Notes under the pieces: generated by a model | Told to the model about the DNA's origin: nothing | The model's input: only the letters and a program-made list of their open reading frames with translations | The model's database searches: none | Shown here: positions 20,908 through 30,843 of the stretch, in pieces | Layout: every line of letters begins with the position of its first letter | How positions within the stretch are numbered: the stretch's first letter is position 1 | Source: Alphaproteobacteria bacterium | Lineage (GTDB): Bacteria; Pseudomonadota; Alphaproteobacteria; MED-G09 | Reading direction: 5' to 3' | DNA length: 64,000 nt | NCBI GenBank assembly: GCA_045565415.1 | Contig: JBJLFK010000033.1 | Span: 5,044 to 69,043, forward strand | Program-made: the position numbers and the translations under genes

Positions 20908-22190
20908 TTTACCATTAAATTATTCACTATTTTAGTGAATTTATTTCCTCTTTCCTGATAATCAATAAATTGATCTTGTGAGCTACATCCAGGAGATAAA
21001 AGAATACAACCTCTTTGACTTTTTAAAACTTCCTTGTAGGCAGATTTAGTTGCACTTTCTAAATTATACGATACTTCAAATTTAACTTTTTTCGGTATTA
21101 TTTGACTGAGTTGATCAGATGAAGATCCAATCAAGTAGATTTTTTTAATATTTTTATTAGATAAATCTAATTTACTTAGATCATTGTTTTTCGATAACCC
21201 GCCAAGAATCCAATATATATCTTTAAACTGACTTGCGGCAAAGTTGGCTGCTGCAGGATTAGTTGCTTTAGAATCATTAATAAAGCTAACGCCATCACGT
21301 GAACAAACTTCATAAATTCTATGATTAAGATTCTTAAATTTTGTTAATTGATTTATCACAAAATTTCGATCAACATCTAAAATATCCGTTACCTTGATTA
21401 AGGCTGGTAAAAATTTTTTAATTATTCCATTTTGAGAAATTTTATTACTCAGATCATTAAATTCATTATCTTTAAATAATACATGCTTTGGAGAAGGATT
21501 AATTTCCTTTAATATTTTTTCTGATAAATAAAAATCATCAAAAATTGCATAATCTGTATTTCTTTGATTTAGAAAAATTTTTGTTTTTGTTTTTTGATAT
21601 TCTTCATAGGATTCATATCTTTCATTGTGATCTTCATGAACATTTAATATAACCGATATATCCGCTCTAAACTGATCAATTAACTCCAATTGAAAGGATG
21701 AAACCTCTAAAATAATAATATCAAATTCATCTGCATTTATAGATAAGACCGGTATACCTATATTTCCGGCTATAGAGCTTTTTAGGCCTGATTTTTGGAG
21801 TATTTCATTTAAAACGGATACAAATGTTGATTTACCATTTGTTCCAGTTACAGCGATAATCTTTTTTCTAATTCCTAAACTTTTTAGCTCTTGGTAAAAA
21901 ACCTCTAAATCGCCAACAACCTTTATTTTATTTTTTTTAGATTCTTTAATAATAAAGGATTCAGCACCAAAATTTAATGCAATACCTGGTGATGATATTA
22001 ATAAATCAATCTTTTCCCATGGCCATTTTCTTGGTTCATTAAACTCATATCCTTTTTTTTCTAATTCTTTTCTTTTTTTCTCACAATCATCCCAAATAAA
22101 AATATTTTTTTTACTTTTAAGTTTTTCATATGAAGAAATGCCACTTTGCCCTAAACCATAAATAATAATATTTTCATAATTCTCTAACAT
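20901..22190 (-). CDS. murD: UDP-N-acetylmuramoylalanine--D-glutamate ligase
   Basis: 429 aa Mur ligase with a P-loop GTNGKST, at the dcw position. Confidence 0.85.
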   Translation of the reverse strand: MLENYENIIIYGLGQSGISSYEKLKSKKNIFIWDDCEKKRKELEKKGYEFNEPRKWPWEKIDLLISSPGIALNFGAESFIIKESKKNKIKVVGDLEVFYQELKSLGIRKKIIAVTGTNGKSTFVSVLNEILQKSGLKSSIAGNIGIPVLSINADEFDIIILEVSSFQLELIDQFRADISVILNVHEDHNERYESYEEYQKTKTKIFLNQRNTDYAIFDDFYLSEKILKEINPSPKHVLFKDNEFNDLSNKISQNGIIKKFLPALIKVTDILDVDRNFVINQLTKFKNLNHRIYEVCSRDGVSFINDSKATNPAAANFAASQFKDIYWILGGLSKNNDLSKLDLSNKNIKKIYLIGSSSDQLSQIIPKKVKFEVSYNLESATKSAYKEVLKSQRGCILLSPGCSSQDQFIDYQERGNKFTKIVNNLMVKC

Positions 22191-22198
22191 TATTCATT

Positions 22199-23290
22199 TT
22201 ACCTTATTTTCAATGTCGCTAATCCAATTATCGCCAGTACAAAAGATATGATCCAAAATCTAATTACTATTGTTGACTCAGACCAACCTTTCTTTTCAAA
22301 ATGATGGTGTATCGGAGCCATTCTAAATACTCTCTTTCCAAAAACTCTATAAGAAAAAACCTGAATTATTACAGACATTGCTTCAAGAACAAAAATACCG
22401 CCAATAACTATTAAAACTAGTTCATGTTTAGTAATTACAGCTATAGAGCCTAAAATAGCACCCAAAGATAGTGAGCCCGTATCCCCCATAAAAATCATAG
22501 CTGGAGGAGCGTTAAACCATAAAAAACCTAGACAGCTTCCCAAAAGTGCGCAACATAAAATACTTAACTCGCCTGAATTGGGTATATAATTTATTCTTAA
22601 ATATTCCGAAAACACTAGATTACCAGATAGATATGTAATTAAGCCAAAACTAGCTATTGCAATCATTATTGGGACTATGGCTAATCCATCTAATCCATCC
22701 GTTAAATTAACTGCATTTGATGTTCCGACAATGACAAAACTTGTAAAACAATAATAAAGAATTAATCCTAAGAAAAAAACACCATTCACAAATGGAATTG
22801 ATATACTGAAGACTAATTCTGCAGACGACTGCAAAGAAATTAAAAAAATTAAAACAAAAGAAGATAAGATTTGTAATAAAAACTTATTTTTTGATGAAAT
22901 TCCTTTTGGGTTTTGATCCTTAATTTTTTTTCTGTCGTCAATATAACCAATCAAACCAAATAAAATTGCAGATAAAATAACTATCCACATAAAACTATTA
23001 AAAATATCTCCCCAGATTAGTGTGCTAATTAAAAAACTAAAGAGAATTAGCAATCCTCCCATAGAAGGTGTCCCTTTTTTTGAATATAAATGACTTTTTG
23101 GCCCATCCTCCCTTATAGGCTGACCATTGCCTTGCTTGCTAAGCATGGCATTTATAAACTTTGGTCCAATAAGTAAAACAATTAGCAGTGATGTTATTAT
23201 CGCACAGCCAGCTCTAAAAGAGAGATATGTAAATAAGTTCACTCCTGGAAAATCAAAGTTTAATAATTGAATTAGGTATAACAGCATCAA
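22199..23290 (-). CDS. mraY: Phospho-N-acetylmuramoyl-pentapeptide transferase
   Basis: 363 aa polytopic membrane protein with the MraY motifs NAVNLTDGLDGLA and HHHFE. Confidence 0.95.
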   Translation of the reverse strand: MMLLYLIQLLNFDFPGVNLFTYLSFRAGCAIITSLLIVLLIGPKFINAMLSKQGNGQPIREDGPKSHLYSKKGTPSMGGLLILFSFLISTLIWGDIFNSFMWIVILSAILFGLIGYIDDRKKIKDQNPKGISSKNKFLLQILSSFVLIFLISLQSSAELVFSISIPFVNGVFFLGLILYYCFTSFVIVGTSNAVNLTDGLDGLAIVPIMIAIASFGLITYLSGNLVFSEYLRINYIPNSGELSILCCALLGSCLGFLWFNAPPAMIFMGDTGSLSLGAILGSIAVITKHELVLIVIGGIFVLEAMSVIIQVFSYRVFGKRVFRMAPIHHHFEKKGWSESTIVIRFWIISFVLAIIGLATLKIR

Positions 23291-24687
23291 GCAATCTTTC
23301 TTATAGGTTTTTGAGCATTTATCTCTTCAATTATTTTTGCAAAATTAATTTTTGATGATGCTTTAAGCATTACAGTATCGTTATTATCAAATAGATCTTG
23401 TAAATTAAGAATAACTTGATCAACATTTTGAAAAAGAGCACCTTTCTTTTGAAAATCAATTTTTTCCCATAAATATCTAATTTCTTCACCTACAGCATAA
23501 ACAATATCTATAGATGTATTATTTATTAATTGAGCAATTTTCTTATGATAATTTTCAGAAAATTTACCTAACTCCATCATATCTCCAATCAATAAAACTT
23601 TTCTTGAACAAGAATCAGAGTTTAGTTTACTAAAGGATGCTATAGCGGCTTCCATTGAGTTTGGGTTTGCATTAAAACTTTCATTAATTATTGATAATGA
23701 TTTACCAAGGAAGTTTAAATTAAATGTGTTTCCTCTACCTTCAATATTTTTAAAATTCGATAGTTTCTTTATGAATTTTTCAGTTGGATTATTTGTAATT
23801 ATACAAGTCATTAATGCAGGTAAAGTGTTTAAAGCCATGTGTTCACCAGACACCGCTAATGTATAATTTATTGTTTTATCTTTAATTTTTACTGTAAGCA
23901 CATTGCTATTATCTATTTCAATATTCTCTTTTAGATAAATGTCAGAGTCTTCTAAAACGCCAAAAGTTGAAATATTTAAACTTTTATTTTTAATTATATT
24001 TATATCTAAATCTGATTTTAGGTTTTCATTAATTATTAAACTTCCGTCATCGACAATACCTTTTGCAATCGATAGCTTTTCTTCTATTAAATCTTTTTTT
24101 GAGTTAAAATTACCTATATGGGCTTCTCCTACATTATTAACAATACCAATATGAGGCTTAATAAGATTTGTTAACTTTAATATTTCATCTTTATTATTCA
24201 TACCGATTTCAAATACAGCGTAATCAACGTTTATTGGCATTCTTGAAAGAGATAAAGGTACGCCTAAATGATTATTGAATGATCTTTCAGATTTGTGAAC
24301 TCTGCCATAATCAATCAAACAACTTGATATCATCTCTTTTAATGTTGTTTTGCCTGAACTTCCTGTTATTCCTATTATTTTGGCTTTAGTTCTTTGACGA
24401 GCATAATTGGCTAACTCATTAAGCGCTTTATAAACATCATTAACAAAAATTACCTTTTTTGAATTAATAAGAGATGGTCTATTTGAAATTGCGGAGCAGG
24501 CTCCTCTGTTTAGGGCATCTTCAATAAAATCATTTCCATCATTATTTAAGCCAGGTAAAGCAAAAAAAATGTCACCTTTATTTAATGTTCTAGTATCAAT
24601 TGAAATACCTGAAGCAGACCAATCACAGCTACCATGCCCATTAATTATACCAAGCACCTCTTTACCATTCCATAATATCTCAGCCAT
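23287..24687 (-). CDS. murF: UDP-N-acetylmuramoyl-tripeptide--D-alanyl-D-alanine ligase
   Basis: 466 aa Mur ligase with a P-loop GSSGKTT. Confidence 0.85.
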   Translation of the reverse strand: MAEILWNGKEVLGIINGHGSCDWSASGISIDTRTLNKGDIFFALPGLNNDGNDFIEDALNRGACSAISNRPSLINSKKVIFVNDVYKALNELANYARQRTKAKIIGITGSSGKTTLKEMISSCLIDYGRVHKSERSFNNHLGVPLSLSRMPINVDYAVFEIGMNNKDEILKLTNLIKPHIGIVNNVGEAHIGNFNSKKDLIEEKLSIAKGIVDDGSLIINENLKSDLDINIIKNKSLNISTFGVLEDSDIYLKENIEIDNSNVLTVKIKDKTINYTLAVSGEHMALNTLPALMTCIITNNPTEKFIKKLSNFKNIEGRGNTFNLNFLGKSLSIINESFNANPNSMEAAIASFSKLNSDSCSRKVLLIGDMMELGKFSENYHKKIAQLINNTSIDIVYAVGEEIRYLWEKIDFQKKGALFQNVDQVILNLQDLFDNNDTVMLKASSKINFAKIIEEINAQKPIRKIA

Positions 24688-26115
24688 TTAACTACCTATC
24701 ACTTCTCTTATTATCTCTTGATCAGAAAAAGGAATTTTTTTATCATCAATAATTTGAAACTTTTCATGGCCTTTGCCAGCAATTAAAATTGAGTCACCTT
24801 TTTTACCTTGATTGATTGCCGTAATTATAGCTTCTTTTCGATTAGGAATTTCTAAAGCTGACGGACAAGCTTCTAATATTGCCTTTCTAATTTTCTCAGA
24901 ATCTTCATTTCTTGGGTTGTCATCTGTAATAATTACAACATCTGCAAAATTTTCTGCTATTTCTCCCATGATAGGTCTCTTAAATTTATCTCTACCTCCT
25001 CCACAACCAAAAACGAGAGTTATCTTATTTTCTGTAAGCTCTCTTAGAGAAAATAAAGCTGCAGTTAATGCATCTGGAGTATGAGCATAATCAACATAAA
25101 TCTTTGCTTTTATTTTGCTCAATCCACAGAACTCAAGTCTTCCAGGAATTGGCCTAAGATCTTTTAACTGCTCAAAAACTTTTTCTGATGGTGAACCTGA
25201 GGCTATTGCTAATCCTGCTGCACATAAAATATTCATGGCCTGAAAATAACCTTCAACCTTAAGAGGAATTGAAAATTGTCTACCACTATATTTAAAGATC
25301 ATTTCCATTCCAGACTCTGTTGGAATCAACCTTCTCAAATTAAGTGCATTCGCTGACTCGCCAACCTCTATTACGCCTTTTCCACTTGCATTTATAATTG
25401 AAGATAATTCTCTGCCTTCTTCGGTATCAATACAAATAACTGAATAGTTATCTTTAGGAAGTATTTCTGTAAAAAGACGTTTCTTTGCATCAAAATATTC
25501 TTCCATAGTTTTGTGATAATCGAGATGGTCTTGGCTAATATTTGTGAATCCTGCTGCTCTAATTTTAACATTATCAATTCGATATTGCGATAAACCATGG
25601 CTTGAGGCCTCTAAAGCTAAATGTGTAAAGCTTTGATTATATAATTTTTCTAATGTCTTATGTAACAAAACGGGGTCTGGGGTAGTGATATTTGTATCTT
25701 GTATTTCTTCATTTCCAATAATACCTAAAGTACCAATACTAGAAGATTTCAATCCCATTAAATTCCAAATTTGTTGTAAAAAATTTGTTGTAGATGTTTT
25801 TCCATTAGTTCCTGTAATTGCACAAACTGTCTCAGGAGAATTATTAAAAAAAATTGATGCAATATAGGATAAATATTTTCTTGGATTTTCATCTTTGATT
25901 AATGGAATATCTAATTTTAAATCAGAATCTGCAGAAGTTACAACGACACTAGCACCTTTTCTAATTGCTTCATCGATAAAATCTTCACCACGATTTATTT
26001 CTCCTTGAATAGCTACAAAAATATATCCTGGCTTAACTTTTCTACTATCGCATGTAACGCCTTCAATAATAACATCTGAAGGTAAATCATCTTTTATATC
26101 TTTTAATGAAATCAT
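24688..26115 (-). CDS. murE: UDP-N-acetylmuramoyl-L-alanyl-D-glutamate--2,6-diaminopimelate ligase
   Basis: 475 aa Mur ligase with GTNGKTST and a DNPR-type motif (DDNPRNED) typical of meso-DAP-adding MurE. Confidence 0.9.
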   Translation of the reverse strand: MISLKDIKDDLPSDVIIEGVTCDSRKVKPGYIFVAIQGEINRGEDFIDEAIRKGASVVVTSADSDLKLDIPLIKDENPRKYLSYIASIFFNNSPETVCAITGTNGKTSTTNFLQQIWNLMGLKSSSIGTLGIIGNEEIQDTNITTPDPVLLHKTLEKLYNQSFTHLALEASSHGLSQYRIDNVKIRAAGFTNISQDHLDYHKTMEEYFDAKKRLFTEILPKDNYSVICIDTEEGRELSSIINASGKGVIEVGESANALNLRRLIPTESGMEMIFKYSGRQFSIPLKVEGYFQAMNILCAAGLAIASGSPSEKVFEQLKDLRPIPGRLEFCGLSKIKAKIYVDYAHTPDALTAALFSLRELTENKITLVFGCGGGRDKFKRPIMGEIAENFADVVIITDDNPRNEDSEKIRKAILEACPSALEIPNRKEAIITAINQGKKGDSILIAGKGHEKFQIIDDKKIPFSDQEIIREVIGS

Positions 26116-27863
26116 TAATTATCTGCCCTAGCATGCTCTTGAAAAGCACTAAAATTATTTTGAATTGGAATATTTAATTGAGGAGCTATTAATTTTATAA
26201 TTTCACCAGCAGCAGGTGCAGCATTCCAGTATGCTGAAGAACCTCTTACATCTTTTTTTCCTTTTGGATTATCTAGACTAACTAAAACAATATACTCAGG
26301 ATCATTTCCTGGAAAAGCACCTACGAAACTAGTCATCCTTCCGCAATAACCCCCTGTGATACAAGGTTTGTCTGCAGTTCCAGTTTTACCAATAACATTA
26401 TATCCATCTACATCAGCTTTTTTTCCAGAGCCATTCTTAACGACTTCACGCATAACATAACGCATACTTTTGCTTACATCAGAACTAATTAATTTAGCGT
26501 TAGTTTTATAACTTTTATCTCTAGGATATAATGTTGGTTCTATTAAATATCCTCCATTAACAACTGCAGCAACAGCTGATGCAAATGATAAAGGCACTAC
26601 ACCTAAGCCCTGACCAAAGGATATCTGTTCCATTGATAATTCATTCCACCTCTCTGGTAGACTTGGCTTTCCCATTTCATAAAGTTCAATAAATTGCTCA
26701 TCAAGTAACCCTGTTTCAGATAAAAATCTTTTTTGTGCTTCTAATCCAACAATATGAGCAATTTGAGCCATACAAATATTTGAAGAGTTGATGAGACATT
26801 GTGCAGCATTCAAATATTGCACCTTACTCTTACGATAATCTGAAAGGCATTTTTTTCGACTTTTATTAATGCATTTCCATACATCAAACTCATTGGATAG
26901 ATTGATTTTTTCTTCTTCTAGAGCCATAGCCAGTGTAAATATTTTCATTACTGAACCAAGCTCATAACTTCCTTGTATAACTCTGTTAAATCTCTGATTA
27001 GCTGTTTTTGATTGTGAACGATTATTAATTATATTTGGATCAAAATTAGGAAATGATGCTAGAGCTATAATTTCCCCATTTTTTGCGTTAAGAACAATAC
27101 CAAAACTTGCTTCTGCATTATACTGAATAATTGCATTTTCAAGGGTATTCTCAAGATGATTCTGAACATTTAAATTTATTGATAAATTTATTTTATCATT
27201 TTTAATTTCATTCTTGTATAACCATCTTTCAAAACCAGATGAAGATTTCTGATCAAAATCTCGGTTTGAATGACCAAGAATATGTGATGCCAATGACTTA
27301 CTGGGGTAAACTCTTCTCCAAACTTTATGGAATTCAACTTCTGCAACACCGGTGTTTAGAATATCATATTGTTGTTTTTCACTTATATCGTTAGCAATTT
27401 CTACATATTTCCCACTTGAAAGTCTTTCCAGTAATTCTTTCGGTTCTTCTTTTAGGTAAGGGGATAATTTATTTGCTGCTTTATGAACATCAAAATTATT
27501 AAAAGAAGATCTCTTAACTACGGCAGCTCTGGTAGTTTTAAAAGTGGTGACTAAGAGATTTTTACCAGTCCTATCATAAATGTCCGGTAATGGTTTTTTC
27601 GTTGATAAAGCAAGAGAAAATTGAGGTTCACTGATTACATCACCTGGAAAAACAGATAAGAATGTATTTCTGGCAGAAAAAATAACAAAGAAAAAAACAA
27701 AGAAATAAACTGCAATTTTTAATCTTTCTTTTCCAATTGCAATAGGATCCTTTGATATAGAAAATTTATTGGTCTTCTGATCATTGATCAATAGGTGCTG
27801 AATATCATCACCAACTATTATTTTATTATGTGCTTTTGATTTAGACATCCTAATTAACCTCAT
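26115..27863 (-). CDS. ftsI: Peptidoglycan D,D-transpeptidase FtsI (PBP3)
   Basis: 582 aa with an N-terminal transmembrane anchor, a PBP dimerisation domain and a transpeptidase domain with the active-site motifs SVMK and KTG. Confidence 0.85.
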   Translation of the reverse strand: MRLIRMSKSKAHNKIIVGDDIQHLLINDQKTNKFSISKDPIAIGKERLKIAVYFFVFFFVIFSARNTFLSVFPGDVISEPQFSLALSTKKPLPDIYDRTGKNLLVTTFKTTRAAVVKRSSFNNFDVHKAANKLSPYLKEEPKELLERLSSGKYVEIANDISEKQQYDILNTGVAEVEFHKVWRRVYPSKSLASHILGHSNRDFDQKSSSGFERWLYKNEIKNDKINLSINLNVQNHLENTLENAIIQYNAEASFGIVLNAKNGEIIALASFPNFDPNIINNRSQSKTANQRFNRVIQGSYELGSVMKIFTLAMALEEEKINLSNEFDVWKCINKSRKKCLSDYRKSKVQYLNAAQCLINSSNICMAQIAHIVGLEAQKRFLSETGLLDEQFIELYEMGKPSLPERWNELSMEQISFGQGLGVVPLSFASAVAAVVNGGYLIEPTLYPRDKSYKTNAKLISSDVSKSMRYVMREVVKNGSGKKADVDGYNVIGKTGTADKPCITGGYCGRMTSFVGAFPGNDPEYIVLVSLDNPKGKKDVRGSSAYWNAAPAAGEIIKLIAPQLNIPIQNNFSAFQEHARADN

Positions 27864-28140
27864 CTTTATTGTGAGAGTTAATTAAAATCTGATTACCTGT
27901 AACTGGTTTTAGATTTAGGCTTTTAGAATATCTGTTTGCTAATTTCTCTAAATTCTTAGGACTTGTTATTATAGCCCATTCAGTAATTAACTGAGTTTCA
28001 CGATTTTGTTCATCTAAAATTTCATTTTCAATTTTATAAATTTTCTTTTCTAATTTAATGACATCATAACTAACATTGTAATGATAGATATTAATCATCA
28101 AAAAAATTGCGAGGCTAAAAAATGAAATTATTCTCAACAT
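27850..28140 (-). CDS. ftsL: Cell division protein FtsL
   Basis: 96 aa bitopic protein with a coiled-coil segment, at the conserved position between rsmH and ftsI. Confidence 0.55.
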   Translation of the reverse strand: MLRIISFFSLAIFLMINIYHYNVSYDVIKLEKKIYKIENEILDEQNRETQLITEWAIITSPKNLEKLANRYSKSLNLKPVTGNQILINSHNKDEVN

Positions 28141-29114
28141 TCTATACCTCCGTAATTAATAAAATTATGGGATGAATTTAATTGACTTAACATAAGTGAT
28201 GATCTGAAAGCCCATCTTAACTTTGCTGATCTTGATCTTCTGTTTTTCTTAACCTCACCTTCGGATGGCTTTATTACTTTTCTGTTTTCATACACAAAAG
28301 CCTTATCAGGATTTTTAGGATCATATTTTTTTAAAGATATAGAATTTTCTTTAATAAAGTTTTTTACAATCCTATCTTCTAGAGAATGGAAAGAAATAAC
28401 TACTAACCTTCCTTTCTCAGAAAGAACTTTCTCAGTCGAAATTAATGCTTCATATAGATCCTTAAGCTCATTGTTAATATATATTCTTAATGCTTGAAAA
28501 GTTTTAGTAGCAGGATGAATTTTTCTATTTTTTGTTTTTTTTACATTTAAAACTATTTCATTTAAATCAAATGTAGTTTTGATTTTCTTAATTTTTCTTT
28601 TATTGACAATTGCCTTTGCAATTTTTCTTGAGCTTCTTTCTTCACCAAAATAATAAATTATATCAGCTAAAGAATTTTCACTTAACGAGTTTATTATATC
28701 ATATACCGTCTCTCCGGTCTGAGTCATGCGCATATCTAAAGGTGCATCAAATTGAAAAGAAAACCCTCTTTCGGGAGTTCCTAGCTGCATTGAAGAGATT
28801 CCTAAATCCAGTAGAATTCCATCAATTTTGTTAATACCAATAGAATGAAGGTGTTGAGATAAATTACCAAAACTTCCATTAATTGATAAAAATTTATTAC
28901 CATATTGGTTTTCAAGATCTCTACATAACTCAATTGCAGTTGGATCTTTATCAATTCCAACAACTCTACAATCTGCACTTTCTAAAATTTTTCTTGAATG
29001 ACCTCCTGCTCCTAAAGTTCCATCTAGATATACACAACCGTCAGAAGGATTTAATATTGAAAGAACTTCTTCACACATTACAGGTTTATGATGAAGCTCT
29101 TTTTTTGACATCAC
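28134..29114 (-). CDS. rsmH: 16S rRNA (cytosine1402-N4)-methyltransferase
   Basis: 326 aa with the MraW signature HKPVMCEEVL…DGTLGAGGHS. Confidence 0.9.
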   Translation of the reverse strand: MMSKKELHHKPVMCEEVLSILNPSDGCVYLDGTLGAGGHSRKILESADCRVVGIDKDPTAIELCRDLENQYGNKFLSINGSFGNLSQHLHSIGINKIDGILLDLGISSMQLGTPERGFSFQFDAPLDMRMTQTGETVYDIINSLSENSLADIIYYFGEERSSRKIAKAIVNKRKIKKIKTTFDLNEIVLNVKKTKNRKIHPATKTFQALRIYINNELKDLYEALISTEKVLSEKGRLVVISFHSLEDRIVKNFIKENSISLKKYDPKNPDKAFVYENRKVIKPSEGEVKKNRRSRSAKLRWAFRSSLMLSQLNSSHNFINYGGIEC

Positions 29115-29590
29115 TCATCAACCTGAGAATTTTTTGAAAAATTAACGGATGGCCCTATCAAGTCTCTATTTTGAAGCGCCTTTATTCTAGCATCAGTTTT
29201 AAAGCTTTCAAAAGCAGATGGTTCCCACATTTGAAATTTTTGCCCTATACCCGCAAATGTTACCTTATCTTTTAATCCTGCGTGTTTCATTAAAGACCCA
29301 GGAAGAGACACTCTGCCATCCTGATCATAGTTAAGTTGATACGTCTCTGAAAAAAGAGCAGTAGCTAATGCATCAGTTTCTTCTGCAAAGAGCTGCATTT
29401 TTTCTATACTTTGAGCAATTTGATTGATTAAAGACTCGCCGCCGCCATCAATGGATTGAGTTGTAAATGATGGATATAAATAAACTCCAGCAAATCCTTG
29501 GTTTTCAAGAACTGATCTAAATTGAGATGGAATTGAAACCCTTCCCTTAACATCAATCTTGTTAACTGTGTTTGACAAAAAAATATTCAT
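29111..29590 (-). CDS. mraZ: Transcriptional regulator MraZ
   Basis: 159 aa with duplicated SpoVT/AbrB-like domains (…DVKGRVSIP… and …DQDGRVSLP…), as the first gene of the dcw cluster. Confidence 0.85.
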   Translation of the reverse strand: MNIFLSNTVNKIDVKGRVSIPSQFRSVLENQGFAGVYLYPSFTTQSIDGGGESLINQIAQSIEKMQLFAEETDALATALFSETYQLNYDQDGRVSLPGSLMKHAGLKDKVTFAGIGQKFQMWEPSAFESFKTDARIKALQNRDLIGPSVNFSKNSQVDE

Positions 29591-29624
29591 TTATACTCCC
29601 ATTAAACGCACGCATGGCGCTATA

Positions 29625-29662
29625 TTATGGGTTAGCATGGGATTTTATGGGAGTCAATGGTT
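29625..29662. promoter_or_regulatory. Candidate MraZ operator in the mraZ promoter region: three perfect TGGG repeats at exact 10-bp spacing plus a degenerate fourth
   Basis: tatTGGGttagcaTGGGattttaTGGGagtcaaTGGt, with TGGG at 29628, 29638 and 29648 and TGGT at 29658, lies 40-70 bp upstream of the mraZ ATG. It matches the direct TGGGN repeat architecture bound by MraZ in E. coli. A GANTC (GAGTC) site at 29651-29655 sits inside the third repeat. Confidence 0.5.
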
Positions 29663-29741
29663 AAAAATGGATAATATATGAAAAATTAAGGTTATCTGTG
29701 GATAACTTTTTGTTAAAATTTATTAAAATAATGTATTTTTT

Positions 29742-30083
29742 GTCAGATGGCTTATAAGCCGGGTTCTGTATCCACAAAGTGGTGATGATCATTCATCTTG
29801 GACTTATGTTACCATAAATCTCTAGCAACCTACCCGAATAGTATAAAAAGAGACATTTATATCACTATTCCTATTTGGTTTTGCTCCCAGTGGGGTTTGC
29901 CTTGCCAAATATGTTACCATATTTGCGGTGCGCTCTTACCACACCTTTTCACCCTTACCAAAATGGCGGTATATTTTCTGTGGCACTTTCCCTGAGGTCG
30001 CCCTCGCCGGGTATTACCCGGCACTGTGTCTCTTGGAGCCCGGACTTTCCTCACATAGAAGTGCGATCATCCAGCCATCTGAC
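29742..30083 (-). ncRNA. rnpB: RNase P RNA (bacterial type A)
   Basis: A GC-rich island. The minus strand contains GGAAAGUCCGGGCUCC (P4 5' strand), AGUGCCACAGAAAA, and the 3' conserved ACAGAACCCGGCUUA. The 5' GUCAGAUGG and 3' CCAUCUGAC ends form the P1 helix. The three overlapping + strand ORFs here are spurious. Confidence 0.85.
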
Positions 30084-30127
30084 TATATTTTTCTATTAAA
30101 AAACAATAATTTGGTCAAGAAGTAATC

Positions 30128-30736
30128 TTATGCTTTTGCACTTGGTCTAGAATTAAGTCTCTCATAATAATTTTTAAGATTAATGCACTCCTCAGGAATT
30201 TGAATCTTTGGCCATTTGGCAAAATCAAAACAAATGAGCGCAGAAATATCGGCAATAGTATATTTGTCTAGACACATAAACTCTTTATCTTGCATTTGTT
30301 TGTCAAACCAGCGTAGCATTTTTATAACCCTTGGACGGCTTGCTTCTGACCATTCTTTAACTTGATCTTCCAAAGCTGCCATTGCAGGATGCCCATGCCT
30401 ATAGGTATTAGCAATACTTATCATAAGTAACAGCTCTAGCCTTCTTTGCCACATTTCAATAATAGCTATTTCCTCTGGATTACTTCCCATTAAACTTGGC
30501 TCTGGGTGCAAAGCCTCAAAATACCTACAAATAGCTATAGATTCAGTTATACATGTTCCATCATCTAACTCTAAAGTGGGGATTTGGGATAAAGGGCTTA
30601 ATTTTTTATAATCATCTTTTTTATGCTCTCCCTTCATAATATCAATTTGTTTTGTTGGAACCTCTATCCCTTTTTCATAAAGGAATACCCTTACTCTTCT
30701 TGGGTTTGGTGCTGGAATAAAATCGTATAAAATCAT
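30128..30736 (-). CDS. Glutathione S-transferase family protein
   Basis: 202 aa with an N-terminal thioredoxin-like GST domain (MILYDFIPAPNPRRVRVFL…) and a C-terminal alpha-helical domain. Confidence 0.75.
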   Translation of the reverse strand: MILYDFIPAPNPRRVRVFLYEKGIEVPTKQIDIMKGEHKKDDYKKLSPLSQIPTLELDDGTCITESIAICRYFEALHPEPSLMGSNPEEIAIIEMWQRRLELLLMISIANTYRHGHPAMAALEDQVKEWSEASRPRVIKMLRWFDKQMQDKEFMCLDKYTIADISALICFDFAKWPKIQIPEECINLKNYYERLNSRPSAKA

Positions 30737-30843
30737 CTAAACCTCTTTTTAAAAATTTATTAATTCATTCTATTAAGAAAATTTAACTTGACCATAAGTT
30801 TTTCAAAATATTAAGAGTATATATATTCATTATGGAGGATAAA

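Noticed and set aside
2501-28834. Many short ORFs embedded antisense or out of frame within long well-supported genes (for example 2501-2719, 4640-4846, 6135-6479, 7957-8163, 10832-11161, 12765-13055, 17288-17626, 18188-18427, 23939-24154, 24812-25084, 25392-25598, 25685-25867 and 28610-28834)
   Set aside because: Each is fully contained in a confidently identified CDS on the other strand or frame, and their low-complexity, AT-biased translations (runs of L, I, F, K) are typical noise in a 29% GC genome
29798-30125. Three overlapping + strand ORFs (65-74 aa) in the ORF track
   Set aside because: They lie entirely inside the minus strand RNase P RNA gene; GC-rich structured RNA commonly yields spurious ORFs
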